DNA from: Thainema sp.
GTDB lineage: Bacteria > Cyanobacteriota > Cyanobacteriia > Phormidesmidales > Phormidesmidaceae
Assembly: GCA_052168235.1 (NCBI GenBank)
Contig: JBQLZK010000025.1
Location: forward strand, 1-64,000
Length of the DNA: 64,000 nucleotides
Direction of reading: 5' to 3'
Below, one piece after another: positions 30,074-40,108 of this stretch. Position numbers and translations under genes: made by a program. Numbering within the stretch: position 1 is the first letter of the stretch; each line of letters starts with the position of its first letter. The notes below the pieces were generated by a model, which saw nothing but the letters and a program-made list of their open reading frames with translations, ran no database searches and was not told the DNA's origin.

Positions 30074-32170
30074 ATGCTCCTATCTACGATCACTATTGTT
30101 GAGCATCTGCACGGAGAGCCGATCGTCGCCTTTGCCGTTCTGTTAGCCGTGATTCTAATTGTTCCGATTCTGGTTGAGCGGCTGCGGCTACCGGGACTGG
30201 TGGGTCTGCTGATTGCGGGAATTGTATTGGGGCCATTCGGCCTGAATCTGCTGAATACCGAAGATCCCGTGATGCAGCTCCTGTCCGATATTGGCTTGCT
30301 CTACTTGATGTTTGTGGCGGGTCTGGAAATCGACATGGACGAGTTCCAGAAGATGAAGTATCGCGCCGCTGGATTCGGGATGTTGACCTTTGCCCTGCCG
30401 TTAATCGCAGGGACGGGTCTGGGATTAGCCATTGGCTTTCCGGTCGTCAGCGCCGTGCTGCTGGGTTCACTGCTGGCGTCCCATAGCCTGCTCACCTATC
30501 CCATTGTCAGCCAGTATGAGGTGACGCGGAATCCAGCGGTGATTACCACCCTGGGCGCGACGATTTTTACCGACATCTCAGCCCTGATTGTGCTGGCCAT
30601 CTGCATCAATGTTGGTGCTGGCGACTTCACGTTGTTGAGCTTGGGGCTATTGCTGGTCGGTTTGGCTATCTATGCGCTGGTGATTCTGGTCGGCTTTGAT
30701 CGGCTGGGGAAAGCGTTCTTTCGCCAATCGGGCGACAATCAGGGCAACCAGTTTCTGTTTATTCTGCTGGTCGTGTTTCTGGCGGCAATTGGCGCGGAGG
30801 TTATTGGGGTCGAAAAGATTGTGGGAGCCTTTTTGGCCGGACTGGCCGTCAATGATGTGGTCGGTAACAGTCTGGTAAAAGAAAAAATTGTCTTCGTCGG
30901 TCGTGTCCTCTTCATCCCCATCTTTTTTATCGATATCGGCTTACTGATTGATGTGCCTGCTTTCTTTGGCAGCGTTAGAGCTTTGGGTATTTCCGTCAGC
31001 ATCGTAACGGCCCTGCTACTGAGCAAATTCCTAGCCGCGTTCTTTGCCCAGCGGCTCTATGGATTTCGGCGCATCGAAATGCTGACTATGTGGGGCATGA
31101 GCATTCCTCAAGTTGCGACAACCCTGGCAGCGGCGCTAGTGGGGCATCAGGCTGGGCTGCTGAGTGATGATGTACTCAATGCTGTAGTGGTGATGATGCT
31201 GGTTACGTCTCTGCTGGGGCCGCTGGTGGTGAAACAAACTGCCCGCTCGCTGCCGCTGCCGGAGGAGGTGCTCGTGCCGGAAGCGCCGCCTGATTCGGAT
31301 TGGCAACGAACGTCTAGCCAATCCTTTACGGTGCTGGTACCTGTGTATAATCCCAAGACTGAGCAGGGTTTGCTAGAAATTGCAGCTCTGCTGGCCGAGC
31401 AGCGAGGTGGGGTGATTAAACCACTTGCGATCGCAAATGCTCAGTCCCAACTGGATTCGCCCCGCATGAACCGCATTTTTCGCCAGGGGGAAGCGCTGCT
31501 GGCTAATGCGACTGAGATTGGTGCAGCGCTCAATGTGCCTGTAGAACCGCTTTTGCGGATTGACCATAATGTTGCCGAGGGCATTAGCCGCGCCGCACGG
31601 GAGCAAAAAGCTAATCTAATCATCATGGGCTGGAGTGAGCAGAGCGGCATCAAAGCTCGACTGTTCGGCACGCTGATTGACGATGTGCTCTGGTCTGCCC
31701 ACTGTCCACTTGCCATTATCCGCCTCCGGATGCCGCCGCGCCAGATGGCGAGTATGCTCGTTCCCATCAAGCAGTTTACGGCAGCAGAAGCTTACAAAGT
31801 ACAGCTTGCCCTCGCCCTCGCCCAGCCGCAGAAAGCCCGCGTTACGCTGCTGCATATCACGTCCCATCAGCCTTCTGCCCATCGCGCGGAATGGCTCAAC
31901 CAGCGCATGAGAACCTTGGCGGGAGATGTGGCTCCCGATATCGAAATCATTCCCAAAATTCTGGATCAGGTCGATGCCGCCCAAGGAATTCTGCACGAAT
32001 CCCAGTTTCACGATTTAGTCATCATGCGCACCTATCGTCGCCGCAGCCGCACCGGAGATTTGAACATTAGCAGTCTATCTAGTCAGGTTGCTCAACAGCT
32101 CGGTTGTTCACTGATTCTGCTCGGAGAGCCGCACTCTAACTGGTTCAACAGCGATCAGGCTGCTCAATAA
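30074..32170 (+). CDS. CPA2 cation:proton antiporter with C-terminal USP-like domains
   Basis: Multi-TM N-terminus (LPGLVGL..AG..LGP, LMF.AGLE, GAFLAGL) plus USP-like ANLIIMGW region. Confidence 0.92.
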   Translation: MLLSTITIVEHLHGEPIVAFAVLLAVILIVPILVERLRLPGLVGLLIAGIVLGPFGLNLLNTEDPVMQLLSDIGLLYLMFVAGLEIDMDEFQKMKYRAAGFGMLTFALPLIAGTGLGLAIGFPVVSAVLLGSLLASHSLLTYPIVSQYEVTRNPAVITTLGATIFTDISALIVLAICINVGAGDFTLLSLGLLLVGLAIYALVILVGFDRLGKAFFRQSGDNQGNQFLFILLVVFLAAIGAEVIGVEKIVGAFLAGLAVNDVVGNSLVKEKIVFVGRVLFIPIFFIDIGLLIDVPAFFGSVRALGISVSIVTALLLSKFLAAFFAQRLYGFRRIEMLTMWGMSIPQVATTLAAALVGHQAGLLSDDVLNAVVVMMLVTSLLGPLVVKQTARSLPLPEEVLVPEAPPDSDWQRTSSQSFTVLVPVYNPKTEQGLLEIAALLAEQRGGVIKPLAIANAQSQLDSPRMNRIFRQGEALLANATEIGAALNVPVEPLLRIDHNVAEGISRAAREQKANLIIMGWSEQSGIKARLFGTLIDDVLWSAHCPLAIIRLRMPPRQMASMLVPIKQFTAAEAYKVQLALALAQPQKARVTLLHITSHQPSAHRAEWLNQRMRTLAGDVAPDIEIIPKILDQVDAAQGILHESQFHDLVIMRTYRRRSRTGDLNISSLSSQVAQQLGCSLILLGEPHSNWFNSDQAAQ

Positions 32171-32238
32171 GTTATTCAGCGCAATTGATTGCGATCGCAA
32201 TATTGTCGCTACATATTGACTCTCAACGTCGATATTGC

Positions 32239-32266
32239 GTAGGGGCGAATGGCCATTCGCCCCTAC
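32239..32266. repeat. GTAG-type REP-like palindrome
   Basis: GTAGGGGCGAATGGCCATTCGCCCCTAC; variants at 33989-34013 and about 36657-36682. Confidence 0.8.
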
Positions 32267-32438
32267 CAGATTGAACAAATACAGAAACTCTTATCGGAAT
32301 TTTGACATTTATTGATTATGTTAGTGGATAACGAGGGCATCAGAACAATCTAGAAAATTCCAATCTTGGCTGATTGTGAACTTACTGGATTGCTGATTCT
32401 TTCGCTCCTTACACTGCTTAATCTTCACATGAAATGTG

Positions 32439-32480
32439 GCGGCCTACGTCAAGGGGGCTTGATGACGGGCCGCTTTTTTT
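32439..32480 (+). terminator. Intrinsic terminator-like hairpin immediately upstream of the peptidoglycan-binding gene
   Basis: GCGGCC..TCAAG GGGG CTTGA..GGCCGC followed by T7. Confidence 0.7.
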
Positions 32481-32507
32481 ATTGCAGATGAATTGACGAG
32501 GTTAGTT

Positions 32508-32876
32508 ATGAATCGACTCATTCTTCAAGCAATTCAGATTGCAGCAATTATGGCAATTATTGTTGGTTTTCCCCTTTCTAGAAAAGGAAACAGCCTTGAG
32601 GTAGATGGTAGCTATTTGCAGGAATATATGAACACGGATTCAGTTCCGACCTTGGCACCTGGCGTCATGGGTGAATCAACTGCAGATATTCAGCGCTTCC
32701 TGGCTCAAACTGGCGACTATACGGCTCCCATAGACGGCATCTATGGGACGGAGTCGGCGCAAGCTGTAGCGCGATTTCAAGCTCGCAACGGTTTGGAATC
32801 AGACGGAATTGTTGGCATCAAAACGTGGAAGACGATTATTGAGATTTCTACCCGTTCAGGAGAAATTTATTCCTAG
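32508..32876 (+). CDS. Peptidoglycan-binding domain protein
   Basis: IQRFL...G.Y...IDGIYG..S..AV.RFQ..NGL..DGIVG..TW; N-terminal signal/TM. Confidence 0.88.
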   Translation: MNRLILQAIQIAAIMAIIVGFPLSRKGNSLEVDGSYLQEYMNTDSVPTLAPGVMGESTADIQRFLAQTGDYTAPIDGIYGTESAQAVARFQARNGLESDGIVGIKTWKTIIEISTRSGEIYS

Positions 32877-33093
32877 TATCCCAACCTTGTTGTTAGTACC
32901 TCTTTTGGCTTCTAGCTGATCTGCAAATCTGCCTATTGGCTTCTGTCTTAAACCTGATGTGTTTCTGAATAAAAAAGAATAGTGTTTAGACATAGCTTAT
33001 TGACTTGCGATCGCTACATATTTGTTTACCCACTATTTAGCTAATCGCACCAGTAAAAATAGCAAATTTCTGTTTCGTAAAAGGTTTTAATTC

Positions 33094-33912
33094 ATGGACA
33101 ATCATAAAAATGCTAAAGGTAATCCTGACGCTAATCCCGATCCAATTACAGGCCAGCCGGGTGCTCATCCAGTTGGTACAGGAGTAGGTGCTGCTAGTGT
33201 TGGAGCCGTTGGCACAGCTATTGGCGCAGTTGTTGGTGGCCCGGTTGGTGCAGTCGCTGGTGCTTTTATCGGTTCGATTGCAGGCGGCCTAGCTGGAAAG
33301 GGCGTGGCTGAACAGCTCGATCCCACCGTTGAGGACGAATACTGGCGCAACAACTATCGGTCGCGTTCCTATGTGGACTCGGATTATGATTACGATCGGG
33401 ACTATTCCCATGCCTATCGAACCGGGTATGAAGGCTACTCAAACTACACTGGGCGCGGTTTAAACTATTCTCAGGCAGAGCCTCATCTGCGGGAAGATTA
33501 TGAGAAACGGCGCAACAGCAACAAAAGTAGCCTCGCTTGGGATAAGGCCAAATACGCTACTCAGGATGCCTGGAATCGCGCCCAAGGTTCCATTCAGAGC
33601 TATCACACCAATGATGACTACTGGCGCAACAATTATCAATCTCGGCCCTATATTGATCCGAGACATGACTACGACTATTACGCGCCAGCTTACCGCATGG
33701 GCTACAACAGCTATGCCCTTTATGGTCTCAATCGGGGGATGTCCTACGAACAAGTTGAACCCCAAATTCGCTCTGAGTATGAGCGGAACCATGCACATCA
33801 CGGTCTAGCTTGGGAAAAAGCGAAGTTTGCAGTTCGAGATGCCTGGGATCGTGTTCAGGATACGGTGTCTGGAGATAATCACCAGCGTAGCCATCACCGC
33901 TCAACCTACTAG
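33094..33912 (+). CDS. Hypothetical glycine-zipper protein with two Tyr-rich internal repeats
   Basis: GAHPVGTGVGA...GAVVGGPVGAVAG zipper; two YWRNNY..R.Y...AYR.GY...LAW.KAK.A..DAW units. Confidence 0.85.
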   Translation: MDNHKNAKGNPDANPDPITGQPGAHPVGTGVGAASVGAVGTAIGAVVGGPVGAVAGAFIGSIAGGLAGKGVAEQLDPTVEDEYWRNNYRSRSYVDSDYDYDRDYSHAYRTGYEGYSNYTGRGLNYSQAEPHLREDYEKRRNSNKSSLAWDKAKYATQDAWNRAQGSIQSYHTNDDYWRNNYQSRPYIDPRHDYDYYAPAYRMGYNSYALYGLNRGMSYEQVEPQIRSEYERNHAHHGLAWEKAKFAVRDAWDRVQDTVSGDNHQRSHHRSTY

Positions 33913-34107
33913 TACTTAGTACAGCTTCTGGTACAGGCTTCAGCACAAGTTTGGTGAATCGCTTTAGATAATAACTCTGCGTGCCTTTGGGGCGAATGGC
34001 TACCATTCGCCCCTTCTGTCGTTCAAAGATTAGTTGATTTTCGGCAACAGTCTTCGGGTTACATTTTGCGATTTCATGATCTGCGATCGCACTTTATAGC
34101 AGCCTTA

Positions 34108-34158
34108 AGTTGATGATGAACAGGTTGCCCCAGCGGGGCAACCTGTTCATCATCAACT
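34108..34158. repeat. Perfect 24-bp-arm palindrome
   Basis: AGTTGATGATGAACAGGTTGCCCC agc GGGGCAACCTGTTCATCATCAACT. Confidence 0.85.
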
Positions 34159-34304
34159 CAGTTCACTAGCTATTCAGTAGAGCTATAGTAGGAAGTACTG
34201 ACATCTTGCACTTTGCACTTTGGGAACCCTTTTGGGTTTTGGGGCAAAATGTGAGAAATAACCAGCGGGCAGTACAGCAATAGGGGATAGGGGAGGTATC
34301 GGGT

Positions 34305-36629
34305 ATGACCACATCCAACTCATCATCCAACTCGTCAGATTCCCAATCTGTCCCTGAATCTGCGCGAATAGCTGAGCCTGCTCAAGACTTGCCTAGCAAT
34401 GCTCCTAGCATGGGTGGGGGTCTACCCGTTATTCAGTACTGGGCAGAAAAAACGCTATCTCCCAAAGGCCCCCAAATTTGGCAAACCCTGTTTCACAAAA
34501 GCGCCTGCTTGTCTTGTGCTTGGGGCACTGGCGGGCAGAAGGGTGGCTTTACCAATGAGCAAGGGGAAAAGCTACAGCGCTGTATGAAAAGCGTCCAGTC
34601 GATTGCGGCTGAGCTGGACCCCGGTTTGGTGCCTCACTTTTTCGATGACATCACTCTGCCAGAGCTACAGCGGCTAACTTCTTTGGAAGCCGATCGGCTG
34701 GGTCGGCTCAGCTTTCCCGTTATCCATCGGGCTGGTTCAAATCACTACCAGCGGATTAGCTGGGATGAGATTTATCACATTGCGGAAACAGCTTTTCAGC
34801 GTCCTGCTGATCGGGTGGCTTCCTACAGTTCTGGGCGTTCCTCCAATGAAGCCGCCTATTTGCTACAGCTCATGATGCGGGCTTTGGGAACCAATAATCT
34901 GGCCGATTGTTCTGATCTCTGTCACGCTCCTTCCACTGTCAGTTTGAACAGGGTGTTTGGTACGGGTACGTCTTTAGTCAGTCTGGAAAGCTTACAGCAT
35001 GCCGATGGGGTTGTTTTAATTGGCTCTAATGCCCCCGCCAATCATCCCCGCTTGATGAATGAGCTGATCAAGTTGCGCGATCGCGGCGGTAAGGTGATTG
35101 TCATCAACCCCGTCCGCGAGGTCGGCCTGGTTAAATTTGGTTCTCCCGCCTTTCCCCTATCGTCACTTGTGCAAGGCTCCGAGATTTCGTCTCTGTTTCT
35201 CCAGCCGATTCCGGGGAGCGACGTAGCGCTGTTTGTTGGCATTCAGAAAAGCTTACTGGAGCGGGGCTGGGTTAAATTTGATTATCTTCAGTCCTATACC
35301 GACAACTGGCAAGCGGTGGTCGATCAGGTAAACGCGACTGATTGGAACGCGATTACCAGCACCTGCGGTCTGTCCCAAGCCGAAATTGAAGTCGCGACTC
35401 AGATGATTCATAAGTGCGATCGCGTTGTCTTTGCCTGGGCAATGGGCATCACTCAGCAAGCCAATAGCGTCGATAATATTTTCAGCATTGCTAACACGGC
35501 GCTGATGACCGGAAACGTTGGCAAGCTGGGAGCCGGAATGATGCCGATTCGAGGCCATTCCAATGTGCAGGGCTTCGGTTCAATGGGGGTTACGGCACGG
35601 CTGAAAACGGGACTGCGGGAATCCTTGGAAAGGCTGTTGGGACGATCGCTGAAACGCGAACCGGGCTATGATGCTCGCGCCCTAATTGAAGCTGCCGATG
35701 CGGGGCAGGTCGATACATTACTTTGTCTGGGCGGCAATCTCTATGCCGCGAATCCTGATCTGACGCAGGCAAAACGCGCCCTTGGCAACATCGACACGAT
35801 TATTTATCTCGCGACCAAGCCTAATCTTGGCCATTTTCATGGCTTAGCTAAGCACAATACGATTATCATTCCGGTTTACGCCCGCTTCGAAAATCCCCAC
35901 AAAACAACGACTGAGTCAGGTAATAACTTTGTGCGGCTGAATGATGAGGGCAAAACGCATCTAACGGATGCCGATTTGATTTCAGAGGTTGAGTTTTTGG
36001 CCGAACTGGCCCATCGGATCCACGGTGATAGGCCGATCAACTGGCGCAAGCTACAGGATACTCGCTACGTGCGGCAACTAATTGCTCAAACCATTCCTGG
36101 CTACGAGAAGATGGGCGAAATCGACCAGACTAAAACCGAATTTACAATTTCTGGACGAATTTTTCTTGAACCCCAGTTTCCCACGGCTTCTGGCAAAGCT
36201 CAAATGCAAACGACACCTTTACCTAAGCTGACGTTACCGACTCCCCAGGATTTTGGCCTAGATCGAGATGCTGCTGCCGTAGATCCGGACTTGTCTACGC
36301 TTGTCCTGGCGCTAATTACCGGACGCAGCTACGCCCAGCACAATACCGTGGTTTACAAAGAACGCGATCGCTATCGCGCCATGCCACACCGCTACTGTAT
36401 CTTGCTCAATCCCGCTGAGGCCCAATCCGCAGGCTTTGCAGACCACCAGCGGGTTAGTGTGAGAGGCGACGCCGGACAGTTAGACAACATTGAAGTGATT
36501 TATGGGGATGTACGCCCTGGAGCGGCACTCATGTTTTATCCTGAAGCCAACGTACTGATGAAGGCCCACATTGAACCCAGAGCAGGCACTCCGGCCTATA
36601 AGCGGGTTCCAGTTGTCGTTTTCGCCTAA
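34305..36629 (+). CDS. FdhF/YdeP-family molybdopterin oxidoreductase
   Basis: CLSCAWG, YSSGRSSNEAAY, NNLADCSDLCH, PIRGHSNVQG and YPEANVL motifs. Confidence 0.9.
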   Translation: MTTSNSSSNSSDSQSVPESARIAEPAQDLPSNAPSMGGGLPVIQYWAEKTLSPKGPQIWQTLFHKSACLSCAWGTGGQKGGFTNEQGEKLQRCMKSVQSIAAELDPGLVPHFFDDITLPELQRLTSLEADRLGRLSFPVIHRAGSNHYQRISWDEIYHIAETAFQRPADRVASYSSGRSSNEAAYLLQLMMRALGTNNLADCSDLCHAPSTVSLNRVFGTGTSLVSLESLQHADGVVLIGSNAPANHPRLMNELIKLRDRGGKVIVINPVREVGLVKFGSPAFPLSSLVQGSEISSLFLQPIPGSDVALFVGIQKSLLERGWVKFDYLQSYTDNWQAVVDQVNATDWNAITSTCGLSQAEIEVATQMIHKCDRVVFAWAMGITQQANSVDNIFSIANTALMTGNVGKLGAGMMPIRGHSNVQGFGSMGVTARLKTGLRESLERLLGRSLKREPGYDARALIEAADAGQVDTLLCLGGNLYAANPDLTQAKRALGNIDTIIYLATKPNLGHFHGLAKHNTIIIPVYARFENPHKTTTESGNNFVRLNDEGKTHLTDADLISEVEFLAELAHRIHGDRPINWRKLQDTRYVRQLIAQTIPGYEKMGEIDQTKTEFTISGRIFLEPQFPTASGKAQMQTTPLPKLTLPTPQDFGLDRDAAAVDPDLSTLVLALITGRSYAQHNTVVYKERDRYRAMPHRYCILLNPAEAQSAGFADHQRVSVRGDAGQLDNIEVIYGDVRPGAALMFYPEANVLMKAHIEPRAGTPAYKRVPVVVFA

Positions 36630-36678
36630 GCTTCTGCTGTGTCGCAATTTCCTGGTCAGGGCGAATGGCTATTTGCAC

Positions 36679-38151
36679 CTACCTAACACTTTGCAGCAAA
36701 TGAGCTGCCATTTGGCGTTTGACTAAATGGCCCAGCGTTTGCATTGCCTGTTCAATTTCCTCTGACCAGGTCACTGCGGTATTCAAGCGGAAACAGTTGC
36801 GATAGCACTGCCCAGAAGCCGAAAACATTGGCCCAGGGGCGATGCTGATTCCCTGCTGCAGCGCGCATTCATAAAGCTTGAGAGCGTCAAATTCCTCCGG
36901 CAGTTCTAACCACAGCACATGTCCACCTTGGGGTTGAGAAATACAGGTTTCAGCCGGAAAGTAGTCACTAATAGCCTGCAGCATCCGGTGCATTTGATCT
37001 TGATACACCCGACGGAGCTGACGCAGATGGCGATCATAACCGCCATTCGCGAGAAATGCCGCCACCGTGAGCTGAGGTGCGATCGCAGTTGTTTGATTGG
37101 TGACAGATTTCATTTGGCTGACCCGCAGGTGGTAACGCCCTCCGGCACACCAGCCCACCCGCAAACCGGGCGATAGGGTTTTGCTGACTGAGGAACAGTA
37201 CAGCACCCGATCTTCGGTATCAAACGCCTTAATCGCCTTGGGGCGAGGGCTTTCGAAGCAGAGATCACCATATACATCATCTTCAATCAGCGGCGTCTGA
37301 TAGCGATTGAGCAGCTCAACTAACTGTTTCTTTTTCAGGTCGTCCATGCAGCTACCCAACGGATTGCTGAAGTTGGAAACCAGAAAACAGGCTTGCACCT
37401 GCTTATTTTTCAACGCGTTTTCAAGATGCAGCAGACTAATTCCCTGCCGAGGATGAGTTGGCAACGGCAGTGCCTTGAGTCGCAGCGCTTTCATTGTTTC
37501 TAACGCTGAGAAATAAGTTGGCGATTCAATGGCGACAGTATCGCCTGGCTGCGTAACAGCTTGCAGAGACAGATAAACCGCCTCCAGTGCGCCGTTGGTA
37601 ATCACTATTTGATCTGGATGAATAGAGCAGCCCGTGTCTAACATGCGCTTGCTAAGCTCTGCTCGTAGCGACTGGCAGCCCAGCGGAATGTTGTAGGAGT
37701 GAGCCACGATCGGATGTTCGCGCAGCACTTTTCCCATCAGCCGGTTCAATTGTGCGATCGGGAATCGTTCCGTCACTGGCAGCGCGGCTCCTAGCTGAAT
37801 GATTCCCGGTTCGAGAGTTTCGCTGAGTAGTTTATAGGCCAGAGAGGTATCAATTTCACAAATTTGGGTGGGGGGCTCAGTCCGTGAGGGTTCCAAATGA
37901 CGCTGAAGCGCTGTTTGCTTCACGTAGTAACCCGATTGGGGCCGCGCCATAATCAGCCCTCGATCTTCCAGCAGCCGATAAGCTTCTAGGACGGTAGATA
38001 GGCTCACGGAAAACTGCTGTTTCAGCTTACGGACGGACGGTAGACGTTCACCGGGTTTCAGTGTGCCATTGGCAATGAATTCCTGGAGCCGATTGGCAAT
38101 CTGCTCGTACAAAACGGTGTCGGTTGTTGGATCCAGTGGAGTGAGGTGCAT
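36679..38151 (-). CDS. MocR-subfamily GntR regulator (wHTH + PLP aminotransferase-like domain)
   Basis: LYEQIA..I..G.LKPGERLPSVR..S.STV..AY..LE..G..ARPQSGYYV; IEDDVY and SKTLSPGLRVGW; likely start 38151. Confidence 0.93.
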   Translation of the reverse strand: MHLTPLDPTTDTVLYEQIANRLQEFIANGTLKPGERLPSVRKLKQQFSVSLSTVLEAYRLLEDRGLIMARPQSGYYVKQTALQRHLEPSRTEPPTQICEIDTSLAYKLLSETLEPGIIQLGAALPVTERFPIAQLNRLMGKVLREHPIVAHSYNIPLGCQSLRAELSKRMLDTGCSIHPDQIVITNGALEAVYLSLQAVTQPGDTVAIESPTYFSALETMKALRLKALPLPTHPRQGISLLHLENALKNKQVQACFLVSNFSNPLGSCMDDLKKKQLVELLNRYQTPLIEDDVYGDLCFESPRPKAIKAFDTEDRVLYCSSVSKTLSPGLRVGWCAGGRYHLRVSQMKSVTNQTTAIAPQLTVAAFLANGGYDRHLRQLRRVYQDQMHRMLQAISDYFPAETCISQPQGGHVLWLELPEEFDALKLYECALQQGISIAPGPMFSASGQCYRNCFRLNTAVTWSEEIEQAMQTLGHLVKRQMAAHLLQSVR

Positions 38152-38182
38152 GGTTCGGTCGATACAGTTTTGGGATATTGCG

Positions 38183-38217
38183 ACCATAACAGTTGCTCAA
38201 AACTGAACTGTTATGGT
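38183..38217. promoter_or_regulatory. Candidate operator of the MocR regulator in the divergent promoter region
   Basis: Perfect inverted repeat ACCATAACAGTT-N11-AACTGTTATGGT plus half-site GATACAGTT at 38161. Confidence 0.7.
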
Positions 38218-38320
38218 GACAATTTAACATGATTGCCTCTGTTCGGTCGCTAGTAAATTGACGAAAATTAAACCATGACAGCTCAACCGCTTCAATTCTG
38301 TGAGTTCGGAGGACAATTTT

Positions 38321-38632
38321 ATGAAGCCGCTGAATGACTGTAATCAACTCAACAGCTATATCGTTTCTACATCCCATCTCGCATCCGGCGCGACCTCAGA
38401 GAACGCTGCTAGAAACCAACAAGCTGCTCATTGGTTGACAGCAGTTCTTAAACAAGTTAAAGCCGCAATTTCCAAGCTATTTGATCAGTCCCAAGAGCCT
38501 CGGATTACTAAACGAGTTGATCGCTGGGGCAATCTTTATTTTTCAGTCTATGACCCTATTGATCGGTCGTTTCGTGTTTTCACATCTGAGCAGGAAATTC
38601 GAATTTGGCTGGAGCAACGCTATTACCAGTAG
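38321..38632 (+). CDS. Small hypothetical protein (YDP...FTSEQEIRIWLEQRYY), module gene A copy 2
   Basis: GGAGG RBS before ATG 38321; similar to 12047..12301. Confidence 0.8.
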   Translation: MKPLNDCNQLNSYIVSTSHLASGATSENAARNQQAAHWLTAVLKQVKAAISKLFDQSQEPRITKRVDRWGNLYFSVYDPIDRSFRVFTSEQEIRIWLEQRYYQ

Positions 38633-38687
38633 CGCTTAAGCACTTAATTTGAGTACCACAATCAGGATCAACTATAAGGAGATGATG

Positions 38688-38858
38688 ATGATTCGAGTAT
38701 CTAATCGAGTTGCCAATGTGACTCAAACATCAGCAGCCACAGGTCTGAATCTATGGAAAACTGTAATTCAATTCTGGCGGTTCAGTCAGTTCCACGGACG
38801 CTATCAGTCGTTGCCGCTTGACCAGCGTCAGCAACTAATTCGTGAGCCTAAAAACTAA
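38688..38858 (+). CDS. Small hypothetical protein (FWRFSQFHG motif), module gene B copy 2
   Basis: AAGGAG RBS; similar to 11742..11924. Confidence 0.72.
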   Translation: MIRVSNRVANVTQTSAATGLNLWKTVIQFWRFSQFHGRYQSLPLDQRQQLIREPKN

Positions 38859-38921
38859 ATGCGATTCACTAAGCTCCATCCTTGCATGGGGAGATTTTGA
38901 TATTACTTCAGAATCTCCCTT

Positions 38922-39395
38922 TTACTGAATACGCTTTCGTAGTTTGTTGACATAGACTGATGGGCCAATAATTGTGGCAGAATGTTGCTCAAGCTGAATA
39001 GATAATCTACCAGCTAGTAGTCCCGCTTGAAATGAAGGTTTATACGTCCAAAAATCTTCAAACTGATGTTCTGGATGATAGTCTAATTCTGCTAGCTTAA
39101 TATTCATCCGTGCAACAAACGTCTTTCGATTTTGAATTACAACAGAAACAGTTTTGACTTTTAGCAAGAATGCTGTTGTGAAACCAAAAGACACTCCAAA
39201 CGCAATGCCAATCCAGATGCCAAAAGGTAACGCAAAACCAAAGCTGACGCCCATCACTAATGAAAATAGCGATGACAGCAGTAGCGTAAAGAGTAAGGAT
39301 AAGGCTGCTGACGTGGTCGTTAATGTGCCCCAGAAACCTCTAGGTTCCATGCTGTTTTTCCTAAGTAAGCTATAAGTCGCTGAGTTGACTGACAC
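38922..39395 (-). CDS. Hypothetical membrane protein
   Basis: Two Gly/Phe-rich TM helices and a soluble C-terminus. Confidence 0.6.
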   Translation of the reverse strand: MSVNSATYSLLRKNSMEPRGFWGTLTTTSAALSLLFTLLLSSLFSLVMGVSFGFALPFGIWIGIAFGVSFGFTTAFLLKVKTVSVVIQNRKTFVARMNIKLAELDYHPEHQFEDFWTYKPSFQAGLLAGRLSIQLEQHSATIIGPSVYVNKLRKRIQ

Positions 39396-39419
39396 TCATT
39401 ACGCTTATTATTTCACTTC

Positions 39420-40097
39420 TTATTTAAAGCCATCTCGCATTCGATACCCCATGCCGCGCACCGTTTCAATGCAGTCGCTGCCGAGCTTTTTGCGTAGATA
39501 ACCCACATAAACATCAACAACATTAGAACCCGGAGCATAGTCATAGCCCCAGACTCGATCCAGCAGTTGTTCACGGCTGAGGACTTGTCCAGGATGGCGC
39601 ATAAAGGTCTCGGCTAGAGTAAACTCCCTGGCTGAGAGATCAACCAGCTGACCAGCCACTTGCACTTGGCGAGTATACAAATCCAGCGTGATTACGCCCA
39701 TTGCCAAGATATTGTCCGTAGGATTTGTCGCTGGCTGCATGGTGCGTAACCTAGCTCGGATGCGGGCCAGCAGCTCTTCAAAGCGAAATGGTTTTGTCAC
39801 ATAATCATCGGCTCCAGCTTCAAAGCCCGTCACCTTATCGTAGATATCGTCTCGCGCAGTCAGTACGATAATGGGCTGAGTTAATCCTTGACCCCGCAAG
39901 TTGCCCAAGACGGTCATGCCATCGGTATCGGGCAATCCTAGATCCAGAATGATCAGGTCAAACTCGCTGCCAAGGGCGAGATTGATGGCGCTCTTGCCGT
40001 CGGGTGCGCTGGCCGTGGTAAAGCCATTGGCCTGCAATCCTTTTTCTAGAAAGGAAACGATGCGCGGCTCATCTTCCACAATTAAAATCCGACTCAT
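39420..40097 (-). CDS. OmpR-family response regulator
   Basis: ILIVEDE, LDLGLPD.DG, DDYVTKPF and wHTH (VDVYVGYLRKKL..IETVRGMGY); GGAGG RBS. Confidence 0.95.
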   Translation of the reverse strand: MSRILIVEDEPRIVSFLEKGLQANGFTTASAPDGKSAINLALGSEFDLIILDLGLPDTDGMTVLGNLRGQGLTQPIIVLTARDDIYDKVTGFEAGADDYVTKPFRFEELLARIRARLRTMQPATNPTDNILAMGVITLDLYTRQVQVAGQLVDLSAREFTLAETFMRHPGQVLSREQLLDRVWGYDYAPGSNVVDVYVGYLRKKLGSDCIETVRGMGYRMRDGFK

Positions 40098-40108
40098 CGA
40101 AGCACCTC

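Noticed and set aside
32401..32414. Yfr1 sRNA call
   Set aside because: GCTCCTTACAC differs from the conserved ACTCCTCACAC; kept only as an unnamed sRNA candidate
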